DNA of 64,000 bases, taken from contig CAYIAH010000001.1 in assembly GCA_964361495.1 (NCBI GenBank), positions 1,057 through 65,056 of the forward strand. The letters are read 5' to 3'. The translations under genes and the position numbers were made by a program. Of the stretch, positions 17,794 to 28,383 are shown in pieces (position 1 is the stretch's first letter; each line of letters begins with the position of its first letter). This DNA comes from an uncultured Candidatus Saccharibacteria bacterium (GTDB lineage: Bacteria > Patescibacteriota > Minisyncoccia > Sungbacterales > HO2-52-23). Below the pieces are notes generated by a model that saw nothing but the letters and a program-made list of their open reading frames with translations, had not been told where the DNA came from and searched no databases.

Positions 17794-20682
17794 ATGACGC
17801 GCGCTCATGATACTCATATCCGCATCCGCGGAGCAAGAGTCCATAATCTCAAAAATATCAATGTTGATATCCCGAAGAATAAACTCGTGGTGATCACGGG
17901 TCTTTCCGGTTCCGGAAAATCATCTCTTGCCTTTGATACGATTTACGCCGAAGCGGAACGCCGTTACGTGGAGTCATTGTCCAGTTACGCGCGCCAATTC
18001 CTTGGCCTCAAGGATAAACCCGACGTGGAATCCATCGAGGGGCTCTCGCCCGCAATTTCCATTGACCAAAAATCAGTCTCAAAAAATCCGCGCTCGACCG
18101 TCGCGACGATTACGGAAATATATGATTACCTGCGAATTCTTTTTGCGCGTATCGGCGCGCCCCATTGTCCCCAGTGCGCGGCACCCGTCGGAAAACAGAC
18201 GGTTGATGAAATCGTCGAGACGCTTGTCCGCCTTCCCTCTCGCCAAAAAGTATTGCTTCTCGCGCCGTTCATTTCCGGAAAGAAAGGAGAACATAAGGGC
18301 GTTCTTGAAGAAATCTCACGGGCGGGGTTCTTGAGCGTGCGCATTGATGGAACATATATACTCCTTGACGAGGCGCGCGAGCGGTCATTTGATAAAAACA
18401 AAAAACACTCTATTGATGTCGTGGTTGACCGCTATACGACCGGCCGCGATATTGAGCGCTCACGCATCCGTGATTCGGTGGAGACGGCGCTTAAAATCAG
18501 CAAGGGGGTATTGATCGTCAGCCACGGGACAGAGAAGAGCCCCGATCGCGATCGCGCCACAGCGGATAGGATGTTTTCCGAAAAGTTCGTCTGCAGGACG
18601 TGCGGTATTAATTTTCCCGAAATCGAGCCGCGCACGTTTTCATTCAACAGTCCGTATGGCGCCTGCCCCAATTGCACGGGCCTTGGCGCAACCCTCGAAA
18701 TTGATCCGGCGTTCGTCATTCCGAATCGGCGCCTTTCTCTTGCAGAGGGTGCAATACGGCCATGGGCCTCGGCATCGCACCGGCTCGGGCGTCAAAGCTG
18801 GTACTGGTGGATGCTTTCCGATCTTGCCGACCGATACGGATTTTCTCTTAATGCGCCTGTTGAAAAACTATCCGATGAGATGATCCAAATTATTCTTTTC
18901 GGAGAAGCCCGCGCGCCCGCGGGAAAAGACGCCGCCGGAGCAAAGGGTTCTTTTGAAGGCGTGATCCAGAATCTCATGCGGCGGTGGAAAGAAACCGATT
19001 CTGATTTTACCCGCGCCGAAATTGAGAAATACATGGAGATTAAAGTATGCCCGTCCTGCCGCGGCGCAAGGCTTCGTCCGGAAGCGCTCGCGGTAAAAAT
19101 CGGCAGCGAGAATATCGCATCGGTTGTCAATCGCACCGTCGAGAGCGCGCATGCTTTTTTTGAAGAGCTTAGTGCGGGGCGCGCGGTGAAACTCGGCACG
19201 GGCCAACTGAAGATAGCGCTTCCCTTGATCAAAGAAATCGTGAAGCGCCTCACGTTTCTTTCTGATGTCGGGCTTGAGTACCTCGCGCTTTCGCGCGAAT
19301 CAACGACGCTCTCGGGCGGCGAGGCGCAGCGGATTCAACTTGCCACGCAATTGGGATCCCGCCTCACCGGAATTTTATATATTTTGGATGAGCCGTCCGT
19401 TGGTCTGCATGCGCATGATCATGCGCGCCTCATCGCGACGCTCAAAAGCCTGCGCGATATCGGCAATACCGTGATTGTCGTGGAACATGATGCCCAGACC
19501 ATGCGTGAAGCGGATTGGATCATTGATCTCGGGCCCGGCGCGGGGAAACATGGCGGAAAGGTGCTGTTTAGCGGGACGCCCCGCGCATTACTGAACGCGG
19601 GAACGCCGACGGGAGAGTATCTTTCAGGGAGAAAAATCATAGGGAGCACGGGAACGGATTCAGAAGCGAACATCGCCAAGAGAAAAAATGAAGACCGCAT
19701 CATCGTACGCGGCGCATCGCAACATAATCTAAAAAATATCGATGTCGCGATCCCGCTCGGGCAATTCGTATGCGTCTCCGGCGTCTCGGGATCGGGTAAG
19801 TCAACGCTCGTGAATGACATCCTTGCAAAAGCTCTCCTCGCGCGTCTCCATGGCGCGCATACGATTCCGGGGGCCCATCGCGCAATTGAGGGTGTGGAGC
19901 ATCTCAATAAAACGGTCGTGGTGGATCAGTCGCCCATCGGCCGCACGCCGCGATCAAACCCCGCAACCTACACGGGCGCATTCGGATTCATCCGCGGGCT
20001 CTTTGCGGCGACTATTGAGGCGCGTGCGCGCGGGTATGGCGCGGGACGATTCAGTTTTAATGTAAAAGGGGGGCGGTGCGAGGCGTGCGAAGGACAAGGA
20101 GTGAAAAAAATTGAGATGTATTTTCTCCCTGATGTGTATATTGAATGCGCGGAGTGCCGCGGCAAACGCTACAATCGCGAGGCGCTTGAAATTGAATATC
20201 AAGGAAAAAATATCGCCGACGTATTGGCGATGTCCATTGACGAAGCATTGGAATTTTTTGGTCCGTTGCCAGCGATCCGCAGCCGTTTCGAAACCCTGCA
20301 TAATGTGGGGCTCGGCTATATGCAGGTCGGTCAGCCCGCGCCAACGCTCTCGGGCGGCGAGGCGCAGCGCGTGAAGCTCGCAACGGAACTCGCGCGGCGC
20401 GATACAGGAAAAACGCTCTATATTCTTGATGAGCCGACGACCGGACTTCATTTTGAAGACATCCGGCGGCTTCTCGGAGTGCTCAAAGAGCTCGTGGCGC
20501 GGGGAAACACGGTCGTGGTCATTGAACATCAGCTGGATATTCTCGGCAATGCCGACTGGATTATTGATCTTGGACCGGGCGGGGGATCGCGCGGCGGAGA
20601 AATTATTGGAGAAGGGCCTCCTCGCGCACTCGCAAGAATAAAACGATCATACACGGGACAGTGGTTATCAAAGATAATATAA
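17794..20682 (+). CDS. uvrA: Excinuclease ABC subunit A
   Basis: Two ABC modules ([14 protein letters not shown] and [13 protein letters not shown]). Zn-finger Cys pairs. Signature LSGGEAQR twice. Start moved to ATG 17794 ([21 protein letters not shown]); the track start 17680 would overlap uvrC by 93 nt. Confidence 0.92.
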   Translation: MTRAHDTHIRIRGARVHNLKNINVDIPKNKLVVITGLSGSGKSSLAFDTIYAEAERRYVESLSSYARQFLGLKDKPDVESIEGLSPAISIDQKSVSKNPRSTVATITEIYDYLRILFARIGAPHCPQCAAPVGKQTVDEIVETLVRLPSRQKVLLLAPFISGKKGEHKGVLEEISRAGFLSVRIDGTYILLDEARERSFDKNKKHSIDVVVDRYTTGRDIERSRIRDSVETALKISKGVLIVSHGTEKSPDRDRATADRMFSEKFVCRTCGINFPEIEPRTFSFNSPYGACPNCTGLGATLEIDPAFVIPNRRLSLAEGAIRPWASASHRLGRQSWYWWMLSDLADRYGFSLNAPVEKLSDEMIQIILFGEARAPAGKDAAGAKGSFEGVIQNLMRRWKETDSDFTRAEIEKYMEIKVCPSCRGARLRPEALAVKIGSENIASVVNRTVESAHAFFEELSAGRAVKLGTGQLKIALPLIKEIVKRLTFLSDVGLEYLALSRESTTLSGGEAQRIQLATQLGSRLTGILYILDEPSVGLHAHDHARLIATLKSLRDIGNTVIVVEHDAQTMREADWIIDLGPGAGKHGGKVLFSGTPRALLNAGTPTGEYLSGRKIIGSTGTDSEANIAKRKNEDRIIVRGASQHNLKNIDVAIPLGQFVCVSGVSGSGKSTLVNDILAKALLARLHGAHTIPGAHRAIEGVEHLNKTVVVDQSPIGRTPRSNPATYTGAFGFIRGLFAATIEARARGYGAGRFSFNVKGGRCEACEGQGVKKIEMYFLPDVYIECAECRGKRYNREALEIEYQGKNIADVLAMSIDEALEFFGPLPAIRSRFETLHNVGLGYMQVGQPAPTLSGGEAQRVKLATELARRDTGKTLYILDEPTTGLHFEDIRRLLGVLKELVARGNTVVVIEHQLDILGNADWIIDLGPGGGSRGGEIIGEGPPRALARIKRSYTGQWLSKII

Positions 20683-20719
20683 ATAAATCACGACGACGCG
20701 CCGCCCCATAGTTATTTCA

Positions 20720-21835
20720 CTATAGTTCGAGCGTATACACGCCGCGTTCGTCCTCCAGAAAAATCATTCGCGGAGTTTCGGGAAACGTGAATACTTTTTG
20801 AAACTTTTGAGCGGCAATCTGCACGGTATACGGCTCCGCGCGCCGATCAATATCGGTGAAAAAAACGCCGTCGCCCGTGACAAACACGACGTGCCGGTCC
20901 GTATCATAAAACCATGCGGCGTCAATTATTTTTTTAGGCGATTCAATAATAGTCCCGCCGATGCCCTCTCTTTCAGAAAGTCCCTCGGGACTTTTTTTGA
21001 GCACCGCGACTTCAAGTTCTTGCTCGCGAATAAGAAGAAGTTTTTCTTCCTGCTCGTCAAAGAGCGCATTTTTGACGCCTCCGGTGAGCGGTTCTAGACG
21101 CGGCTGTTCAGCTTCCTCAAGGAGATATAAGCCGCCGAGCGAATCAATAATCGCGGCGGTACGCTCTTCGGAAGATGCAATGAAACGGACGGGCTCTTTC
21201 TCCAGATAAAATCCGGGCCTGCCGAGAATTTCGAGTGCGCGGGAAGCGAGTGCGAGACGCGCAAGAAATCCATTGCGGTCAACAAAAAGGATTAGGCCTT
21301 CATTCATTACCGCAAAAGAATGAACATTGCGGGCAATGATTTCCGTCGTCGTGCCGACCGCGTAGAGAAGCTCATTTTTCGCATTCAAGTGAAGGGGCGC
21401 ATTCTTTTGTGATTCTTTGCGCCGCGCAATGCGCGCTTGATCTTCGGGTGCGGCCGTCGTGATGTGGACCCCGCGGGGAACCAGCATGACGTTACGGAAT
21501 TCAGTCACCACTCCGGGTATCACCAAAATCTTTTTCCCCCATGAATGATAACCCTCTTTTGCGATCCTCACGCGGTGCATACCGGGTTCCACATCGGTGA
21601 TGAGCGCATTGCCGGAAAAGAGTGACGTTTCTTTCACGGTAAGATCGTCAAGCGCAATCGTGAGTCCTCCAGTTTTTGATTTGACAAAAATGCCGCCGCG
21701 TTGCTCGAAGACGCGCGTATGAATGTTGAATGAATAGCCGAGCGCATAGACGACGACGAAAGGCGACGAGAAAAGAAAGACCGCGATAAAGAAATAAAAA
21801 AGTATCCGCCTGACCGTCAGGGTCAAATGAATCAT
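20720..21835 (-). CDS. Membrane-anchored PEGA-domain protein
   Basis: N-terminal TM. PEGA-like beta-sandwich motif VEPGMHRVRIAKEGYHSW. Otherwise unassigned. Confidence 0.5.
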   Translation of the reverse strand: MIHLTLTVRRILFYFFIAVFLFSSPFVVVYALGYSFNIHTRVFEQRGGIFVKSKTGGLTIALDDLTVKETSLFSGNALITDVEPGMHRVRIAKEGYHSWGKKILVIPGVVTEFRNVMLVPRGVHITTAAPEDQARIARRKESQKNAPLHLNAKNELLYAVGTTTEIIARNVHSFAVMNEGLILFVDRNGFLARLALASRALEILGRPGFYLEKEPVRFIASSEERTAAIIDSLGGLYLLEEAEQPRLEPLTGGVKNALFDEQEEKLLLIREQELEVAVLKKSPEGLSEREGIGGTIIESPKKIIDAAWFYDTDRHVVFVTGDGVFFTDIDRRAEPYTVQIAAQKFQKVFTFPETPRMIFLEDERGVYTLEL

Positions 21836-21907
21836 ACGATCACCTTAACAAAAATGTGTCAACTTGAAAAGGATTGAACCTTAGCCCACTCTAGGGAGTA
21901 TAGGATT

Positions 21908-23221
21908 ATGACGTCAGAATATTTTGTTATCCGCGGCGGTCGGGCTCTCGACGGTTCCGTGCGCATACGAGGGTCAAAAAACGCGGCATCAAAAATGATG
22001 CTTGCTTCTTTGCTCACGAATAAGCCATGCGTGATCCAAAACATTCCGTTCTCTCTTGAAATTGACATTGCGGCCGAATTGTGCGGACGCGCAGGAAGCG
22101 CAGTGACTTTTGATCGGGAGGCGCATGCATGCACACTTCACGCGTCGTCCATCACGACCTCGCAGATTCCGGAGCTCTCCCGAAGGAATCGAATTCCGAT
22201 TCTTGCGATCGGGCCTCTTCTGCATCGAACCGGACAGGTGGAAATTCCTTTTCTCGGAGGGGATCCGATCGGTCACCGTCCCATTGATTTTCATCTTGAG
22301 GCGTTGAACCGCATGGGTGTGCGCATTGAGCGGAGGGAACATTCATATTATGCCGAGGCCGATGAAATTCGTGGCGCGGACATAACCCTTCCTTTTCCGT
22401 CAGTGGGCGCGACGGAAAACATCCTTCTTACCGCCGTATGCGCGAGCGGCCGCACCGTGATTGGAAATGCCGCCGTTGAGCCAGAGGTGATAAATTTGAT
22501 TAATATGCTTACTGCAATGGGCGCAGACATTCACTATGACGCGGCCCAACGCCGTATTGAAATTCAGGGCGTGAGAAATCTTGAAGGGGCGGTGGCGCGC
22601 GCCGTCCCCGACCGAAATGAAGCAGTGTCATTTGTTTCGGCAGCACTCGCGACGAAAGGGAGTCTTAATCTGTATGAAACCGAACCGGCGCATTTCACCG
22701 CATTTCTCGCGGCTCTTGAGGCATGGGGCGCATCATATACCATTCACAGTTGGGGGCTTCGTTTCAAATGCGGCCTCGCGCAACGGCCTGTTTCAATTGA
22801 AACCGCTCCCCATCCGAGCTTCATGACGGACTGGCAGCAGCCGTTTTCGGTTCTCCTCACGCAGGCGAACGGGACTTCGCGCGTTCATGAAACCGTCTAC
22901 GAAGACCGGTTTGGGTACGCAAAGGATCTCAACCGTATGGGAGCGGTCATTTCCGTGTCTGATGAGTGTCTTGGCAACACCGCATGTCGTTTCAACGGTC
23001 AAACATTCAACCATAGCGCACGGATTACGGGACCGACGAAGCTCATGGGCGCTGACATCCACATCACTGACATCCGTGCGGGAATGGCGCATGTGATAGC
23101 GGCGCTCGCGGCAGAAGGAGAATCACTTATCTCGGGAGTGGAGCATCTTGATAGGGGATATGAAAAAATTGATGAGCGGCTAAAAGAATTGGGCGCGGAT
23201 ATCAAACGAATTTCTAATTGA
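21908..23221 (+). CDS. murA: UDP-N-acetylglucosamine 1-carboxyvinyltransferase, with the active-site Cys replaced by Asp
   Basis: Colinear with E. coli MurA from VIRGGRALDGSVRIRGSKNAASKMMLA to HLDRGYEKIDERLKELGADI. The active-site loop FLGGDPIGHRPIDFH aligns with E. coli LPGGCTIGARPVDLH (Cys115 to Asp). Confidence 0.9.
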   Translation: MTSEYFVIRGGRALDGSVRIRGSKNAASKMMLASLLTNKPCVIQNIPFSLEIDIAAELCGRAGSAVTFDREAHACTLHASSITTSQIPELSRRNRIPILAIGPLLHRTGQVEIPFLGGDPIGHRPIDFHLEALNRMGVRIERREHSYYAEADEIRGADITLPFPSVGATENILLTAVCASGRTVIGNAAVEPEVINLINMLTAMGADIHYDAAQRRIEIQGVRNLEGAVARAVPDRNEAVSFVSAALATKGSLNLYETEPAHFTAFLAALEAWGASYTIHSWGLRFKCGLAQRPVSIETAPHPSFMTDWQQPFSVLLTQANGTSRVHETVYEDRFGYAKDLNRMGAVISVSDECLGNTACRFNGQTFNHSARITGPTKLMGADIHITDIRAGMAHVIAALAAEGESLISGVEHLDRGYEKIDERLKELGADIKRISN

Positions 23222-23302
23222 CCTACTTTCCAATAGCGGGTCTTCGTGAATTGAGATTTGATTAGACCAATTAGAAATTAGGTTAATTAGAAATTGATCC
23301 TT

Positions 23303-24313
23303 ATGTTTATCCGTAAAATTGGCATTGATCTTGGCACCGCAAATACGCTCGTGTTTGTGCCTAAAAAGGGAGTGGTGGTCAACGAACCGTCGGTTGTTGC
23401 GGTTGCGCGCGATGACAATCGCGTGCTTGCGGTAGGGAATGAAGCGCGGGAAATGGTCGGGAGAACGCCGGATAGTATCATTGCCTACCGTCCGCTCAAG
23501 GACGGCGTCATTGCGGACTATCGCGTCACCGAAGCGATGCTGCGCTATTTTATCAACAAGGTGAGCGGCCGCTTCAAACTTTTCCGTCCCGAAGTGATGA
23601 CTTCGGTTCCGGCGGGCGTGACCTCAACGGAACGAAGAGCTGTCATTGAGGCAACGGTCCAAGCAGGAGCAAAGGCCGCGTATGTAGTGAAAGAACCGGT
23701 GCTTGCGGCAATCGGGGCAGGAATCCCAATCAATGAACCCGCCGGACACATGATCGTAGACATCGGCGGCGGGACCTCCGACATCGCGGTGATTTCTCTG
23801 GGCGGAATTGTTGCGGCAACATCGGTCAAAGTCGCGGGCAACAGATTTGATCAGGCAATTGCCGAGTATATCAAGAAAAATTACAACCTTGCGGTGGGAG
23901 ATCGCACCGCCGAGGAAGTTAAAATCAAAATCGGGTCCGCAGTCGCGCTTGACGATGAGACGCTTTTTATGGAGATCAAAGGGCGTGATCTTATGAGCGG
24001 ATTGCCGAAAATCGTCGAAATTCATTCCGCGGAAGTTACCGAAGCGATTGCCGACGAACTTGATGAAGTGGTGCGGGCAATAAAGTCGGTGCTTCACGAA
24101 ACGCCGCCAGAGCTTGCCGCGGACATCATGGATAAGGGGATTGTGCTGACCGGCGGCGGCGCGCTTCTGCGCGCCATTGATAAACTTGTCCTTCAAGAAA
24201 CGGGTGTTCCCGCGCATATCGCCGAGGAGCCGCTCTTATGCGTTGCCAAAGGAACGGGAATCGTCTTGGAACATCTTGACATATATAAAAGAAGTATCAT
24301 GTCAAAAAGATAA
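23303..24313 (+). CDS. mreB: Rod-shape-determining actin homologue
   Basis: IGIDLGTANTLVFV phosphate-1, DIGGGTSD phosphate-2, GIVLTGGGALL adenosine motif. The track start at TTG 23294 was moved to ATG 23303. Confidence 0.9.
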   Translation: MFIRKIGIDLGTANTLVFVPKKGVVVNEPSVVAVARDDNRVLAVGNEAREMVGRTPDSIIAYRPLKDGVIADYRVTEAMLRYFINKVSGRFKLFRPEVMTSVPAGVTSTERRAVIEATVQAGAKAAYVVKEPVLAAIGAGIPINEPAGHMIVDIGGGTSDIAVISLGGIVAATSVKVAGNRFDQAIAEYIKKNYNLAVGDRTAEEVKIKIGSAVALDDETLFMEIKGRDLMSGLPKIVEIHSAEVTEAIADELDEVVRAIKSVLHETPPELAADIMDKGIVLTGGGALLRAIDKLVLQETGVPAHIAEEPLLCVAKGTGIVLEHLDIYKRSIMSKR

Positions 24314-24319
24314 ATTTAT

Positions 24320-25162
24320 ATGATTATCGGTCATGAAAGACAATGTACGTATCTTGAAGACGCGCATCGGCGGGGACGAATGCCGCACGCCTATCTTTTT
24401 TATGGACCGGAGCACATAGGGAAATTCACTGTCGCGAAAGAGTATGCGGCGCGTTTTCAGGAGATTGAAGTTATTGCGCCCGAACCCGGGAAAGAACTTT
24501 CGATTGCGGCGATTCGGGAGCTGAAACGCGTGTGCGCGTTCGCGCCCCGCGCGAATCAGGAGCGGCTTTTCATTATTGACGAGGCGCAACGTCTCACAAG
24601 GGAGGCGGGGAATGCGTTTCTTAAACTTCTTGAAGAACCCGGAAAACACACGGTTTTTATTCTCGTCACACCCGCTCTTGATATGATTTTGCCGACCATT
24701 ATTTCGCGCGCATGCCCGCTTCGCTTCTCACTTGTGCAGGAGCGCGCTCTTGATGACTTTCTCGTTCGTGAAAAAATTGACGCGCCGCGTCGTGATGAAC
24801 TCCGCGCGTTTGCCCGAGGCAGACCCGGAATTCTTATACGTCTTATCTCTGACAAAGAATATTTCGAACGGGAAACACAACTAAAAAAAGAGGTCACCGG
24901 AATCCTCACGCGGCGCGCCTATCCGGAGGCGTTTCTTCTTGCCCAGCGCACGGCAAGCGACGATGATCTTCGCCGCCGTGCGATTGAGTATACGATCTCT
25001 CTCGTTCGCGACGCATGCCGCACGGGAGACGGTCTTCAGAAAAAAAATAAAGTCCGCGCGCTCAAAGAAATCCATCGCATCATGGCGTCAATCGAAACGA
25101 CCAACGTGAACCCTCGTCTTGCGATGGACGCCCTCTTTATCGAAGCGCTCAAGACGACCTAA
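24320..25162 (+). CDS. holB: DNA polymerase III delta-prime subunit
   Basis: AAA+ clamp-loader N-terminus HAYLFYGPEHIGK (degenerate P-loop typical of delta-prime). Walker B LFIIDEAQ. Sensor SRAC(P). About 280 aa. Confidence 0.75.
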   Translation: MIIGHERQCTYLEDAHRRGRMPHAYLFYGPEHIGKFTVAKEYAARFQEIEVIAPEPGKELSIAAIRELKRVCAFAPRANQERLFIIDEAQRLTREAGNAFLKLLEEPGKHTVFILVTPALDMILPTIISRACPLRFSLVQERALDDFLVREKIDAPRRDELRAFARGRPGILIRLISDKEYFERETQLKKEVTGILTRRAYPEAFLLAQRTASDDDLRRRAIEYTISLVRDACRTGDGLQKKNKVRALKEIHRIMASIETTNVNPRLAMDALFIEALKTT

Positions 25163-25169
25163 AATACTC

Positions 25170-26318
25170 ATGTTTTTGAAACTTCTGCTCGCGGCAGCGG
25201 TCCTTTTTATATTTTTTGTGGTGATTTTCCCATTGACGCTTTCGCTTGCCGGCGCGCCGATCGTTTCTTTGCAAGACGCGTTCGTTCCCGCAACAGAGAC
25301 ACAAGCGAACCTCTGGCGCTCGGGAGACAATGGAGCCACATGGATGCCAATAGGTATTCCGGGTGAAAAGAAAAAAGAATCGGGGCGCCCGATTCTCGAT
25401 CTTGCCTTCCACCCTCGTGATTCTGCTATACTATATGCAGGAACACGCAGAGGCTTGTGGAAAAGCGGCGATGAAGGAAAATCATGGCAACGCATCAATG
25501 ACGAAAAACATTTTTTGGGCAAAAAGAGCGACGTCTCGCGAGTGATTATTACTCCCGCGAAACCCGCGACGATTCATCTCGCGATCTATGAAAAACGGCG
25601 GGGACATGTTTTAAAAAGCATTGATGACGGACGGACATTTGAAGAACTCTATTTTACGACAACCGAAGGCGTGCGAATATCGGCGTTGGAGGTAAAGCGA
25701 GGCGACTCGCCCGGGATTTTCTTTGCGACAAGCGACGGAGGGCTTTTTGAATCAAATGATCGCGGCGCATCGTGGCGGGCTATCCGGCGGTTTGACAATC
25801 CGGTCGTTCATATCTATGCAGAGAGTGACATATACGAACTCATGGTGATGACGCAGCACGGGGAGATTTTCGGACTGCCGCATCATCGGATGCGCTGGGA
25901 AGCGATCACGCCTGCTCGCGGGGCTATGGAAGACACAGAACTTCTTGCCGCGGGAATGGGATGGACGATTTTTTCACGCGGGGCATTTTTAACGGGAATG
26001 CCGCTCTTTGAACGCAATTCGCGTGACCGCAATACATTCTATTACGGTTCAAGAAGTGCGGTATATCAATCCTCTGACAGCGGGCGGTCGTGGCATACCA
26101 TGGACCTTCTTCTCTCGCCCTACGAATTTCCGGTATACGCGCTTGCAGCCGATCCGCGAACAGACGGACATCTCATTCTTGCGGCACATGGAAATCTGCA
26201 TAAAACGATCGACGGAGGGAAAAATTGGGGGGCGGCGACATTTCCTTCGGGCGAGCGCATTACCAAACTATTCATGCATCCCCTTCGGGAAAAAGTCATA
26301 TTTGCGGCAGTGCACTGA
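25170..26318 (+). CDS. BNR/Asp-box repeat beta-propeller protein with an N-terminal membrane anchor
   Basis: At least six Asp-box repeats (S/GxDxGxTW): SGDNGATW, SGDEGKSW, IDDGRTF, SNDRGASW, SDSGRSW, IDGGKNW. Start moved to ATG 25170, after the holB stop. Confidence 0.6.
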   Translation: MFLKLLLAAAVLFIFFVVIFPLTLSLAGAPIVSLQDAFVPATETQANLWRSGDNGATWMPIGIPGEKKKESGRPILDLAFHPRDSAILYAGTRRGLWKSGDEGKSWQRINDEKHFLGKKSDVSRVIITPAKPATIHLAIYEKRRGHVLKSIDDGRTFEELYFTTTEGVRISALEVKRGDSPGIFFATSDGGLFESNDRGASWRAIRRFDNPVVHIYAESDIYELMVMTQHGEIFGLPHHRMRWEAITPARGAMEDTELLAAGMGWTIFSRGAFLTGMPLFERNSRDRNTFYYGSRSAVYQSSDSGRSWHTMDLLLSPYEFPVYALAADPRTDGHLILAAHGNLHKTIDGGKNWGAATFPSGERITKLFMHPLREKVIFAAVH

Positions 26319-26350
26319 AAAATAAATCGGATATCATTACTATATATACT

Positions 26351-26890
26351 ATGGAGTTTGCCCAAAAATTGGAACGAATTCTTAATGAATTTTCCCGCGA
26401 ACTTACGTTGCTTCGCACGGCGCGCGCAACGCCCGCGCTTGTCGAAGATCTCGAAGTTGAACAGTATGGTTCGAAAGTGCCGCTTAAAACAATCGCGTCA
26501 ATCTCGAATCCAGAGCCTCGGGCTCTCGTCATAAAACCGTGGGATAAAAGTACGATACCCGCGATTGAACAAGCGATTCTGCGTTCTCCCGTCGGTTTAA
26601 ATCCCATCACTGATCGAGAAGCGATTCGCCTTTCAATTCCGCCGCTCACCGAAGAACGACGCAGAGAGCTCGCGAAACTTCTCGGACGGCGGGCTGAGGA
26701 CGCGCGAATCAAGATCAGACAAATTCGCGAAGATGAATTAAGGGAGCTTGATCGTCTTTACAAAGCGAAGGAAATTTCTGAAGATGAAAAGTTCAGACGC
26801 AAGAACGAACTTCAAAAAAAAGTTGACGAAGCGAATCGAAAGATTCTTGAAACGGCGGCGCATAAAGAGAAAGAAATCGCGGCGGTATAG
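26351..26890 (+). CDS. frr: Ribosome recycling factor
   Basis: RLSIPPLTEERRRELAKL and the C-terminal coiled-coil arm. The track start 26225 was moved to ATG 26351 (MEFAQKLER). Confidence 0.88.
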   Translation: MEFAQKLERILNEFSRELTLLRTARATPALVEDLEVEQYGSKVPLKTIASISNPEPRALVIKPWDKSTIPAIEQAILRSPVGLNPITDREAIRLSIPPLTEERRRELAKLLGRRAEDARIKIRQIREDELRELDRLYKAKEISEDEKFRRKNELQKKVDEANRKILETAAHKEKEIAAV

Positions 26891-26978
26891 CATAGTGACA
26901 CACGATATACTTATCAGCGGCATAAGTCGGCTCGGATTACGCCCTGGAAACTCGGTTTTCGGATACTGATTCCGAGTA

Positions 26979-27036
26979 GAACCCATCTCAAAATTCCATT
27001 TCGCCTCCGCGACGCGATTTTTGAGATTGAGTTCTC
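26979..27036. repeat. Copy 1 of a roughly 58-nt intergenic hairpin repeat (AGAACCCATCTCAAAATTCCATTTCG...ATTTTTGAGATGGGTTCT family); the 3' arm is slightly degenerate here
   Basis: Identical 26-nt 5' arm at 48985-49010 and 58155-58180. A short GC hairpin (ACTCGG...CCGAGT, 26951-26978) lies immediately 5'. Confidence 0.55.
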
Positions 27037-27088
27037 AACAAACATCATTACTCTCCTTATTGTCATTATTTTAATCAGCGTTCTCATT

Positions 27089-28111
27089 TTGATCCATGAA
27101 TGGGGACATTTCTATGCGGCGCGGCGGCTTGGCGTGCGGGTTGAAGAATTTGGTTTTGGTTTTCCGCCGCGGATATTTTCGCGCATCAAAAAGGGCGTGC
27201 GCTACTCGCTGAATCTCTTGCCGTTCGGGGGGTTCGTAAAAATTTTCGGAGAACACGGCGAAGGTGAAGGCGAGCGCGCAAGCTTCACTTCGCGTCCCGC
27301 ATGGCAGCGATTTGTCATTCTTGCTGCGGGCGTCGGGATGAATTTTGTGCTTGCATGGCTCCTCTTTTCTTTTGGCGCGGCTATCGGGGTTCCAGCGGCG
27401 GAAGATGAAAAAAACAGCGCGGCGCCCGTTTCCATCATTGATATTGCCTCCAATTCTCCCGCAGCTGCGGCAGGACTTCGTTTTGGAGACGAAATCATTG
27501 AGCTGCGCGCGCCGGAAGTGACACTTCGTATTATCTCGGAAAAAGATGTGCGCGATTTTGTTGATGCCTATCGCGGAGAAGAAATTATACTCGTTGTCCG
27601 CCGCAGCAAAGAAACACGGGAGGTCGCGCTTACCCCGCGCGCATCGTTTCCGCCGGGAGAAGGGCCGATCGGCATTGCAATGGCGCGGCTCGTGATCCGC
27701 CGCGTGCCGTGGTATCGGGCGCCATGGGACGGCGCGCTCGCCGTGGCCGAGAGCACCCGCGCAATTGTATTTGGTTTCGGTTCAGTCATCCGCGATCTCG
27801 CGACCCACGGAAAAACCGCGATGGCAATATCGGGCCCTGTCGGGATTTTCTTTTTTGCCCACGATACCTTTGGTTTGGGCGCCGCGTATATCATGCAGTT
27901 TGCGGCGATGCTCTCCATTAACCTCGCAATTCTTAACTTTCTGCCGATTCCCGCGCTCGATGGAGGAAGAGTTCTTTTTCTTTTGATTGAAAAAGCGAAG
28001 GGACGAAAGATCAATCCCCGCGTCGAAAATATTATCCACGGCATCGGTTTTGCGCTGCTTCTCTTCCTCATGGTTTTGGTCACGTATCGCGATATCGTGA
28101 AGATTTTTTAA
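27089..28111 (+). CDS. Site-2 protease, M50 family zinc metalloprotease (RseP-like) with a PDZ domain
   Basis: HExxH at IHEWGHF. Second Zn ligand in LAILNFLPIPALDGG. A PDZ-like middle segment. Confidence 0.8.
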   Translation: MIHEWGHFYAARRLGVRVEEFGFGFPPRIFSRIKKGVRYSLNLLPFGGFVKIFGEHGEGEGERASFTSRPAWQRFVILAAGVGMNFVLAWLLFSFGAAIGVPAAEDEKNSAAPVSIIDIASNSPAAAAGLRFGDEIIELRAPEVTLRIISEKDVRDFVDAYRGEEIILVVRRSKETREVALTPRASFPPGEGPIGIAMARLVIRRVPWYRAPWDGALAVAESTRAIVFGFGSVIRDLATHGKTAMAISGPVGIFFFAHDTFGLGAAYIMQFAAMLSINLAILNFLPIPALDGGRVLFLLIEKAKGRKINPRVENIIHGIGFALLLFLMVLVTYRDIVKIF

Positions 28112-28131
28112 TTTAGTGGTATACTGCCTCT

Positions 28132-28371
28132 ATGCATCAGGTCACCATATTTACCACGCCAACCTGCGTGTACTGCACGAGGGCAAAAGAATTTTTTAAA
28201 AAGAATAATATCGCCTATCAAGAGCGGGATGTTGCCGCGGACCAGAAGGCGCGCCAAGACATGATTACGCGCTCCGGCCAGATGGGCGTGCCGGTGATTG
28301 ACGTGGACGGCAAGCTCATCATCGGTTTTGATCAAACGCGACTGAAAGAAGCGCTCAACATTAAAGTTTAA
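28132..28371 (+). CDS. Glutaredoxin-like small redox protein (CxxC)
   Basis: 79 aa. TCVYC active site near the N-terminus. GVPVIDVDG thioredoxin-fold motif. Confidence 0.75.
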   Translation: MHQVTIFTTPTCVYCTRAKEFFKKNNIAYQERDVAADQKARQDMITRSGQMGVPVIDVDGKLIIGFDQTRLKEALNIKV

Positions 28372-28383
28372 ACATTTAATTTC

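Noticed and set aside
25119-25169. The N-terminal 17 codons of the BNR-repeat ORF, and similar upstream extensions of frr (26225), atpE (35722), atpG (44472), PGI (32365), xerC/D (52824) and rpsI (63871)
   Set aside because: Each extension overlaps the preceding gene or a repeat element, and it precedes a conserved family N-terminus with a better-positioned ATG. The shorter starts were used.
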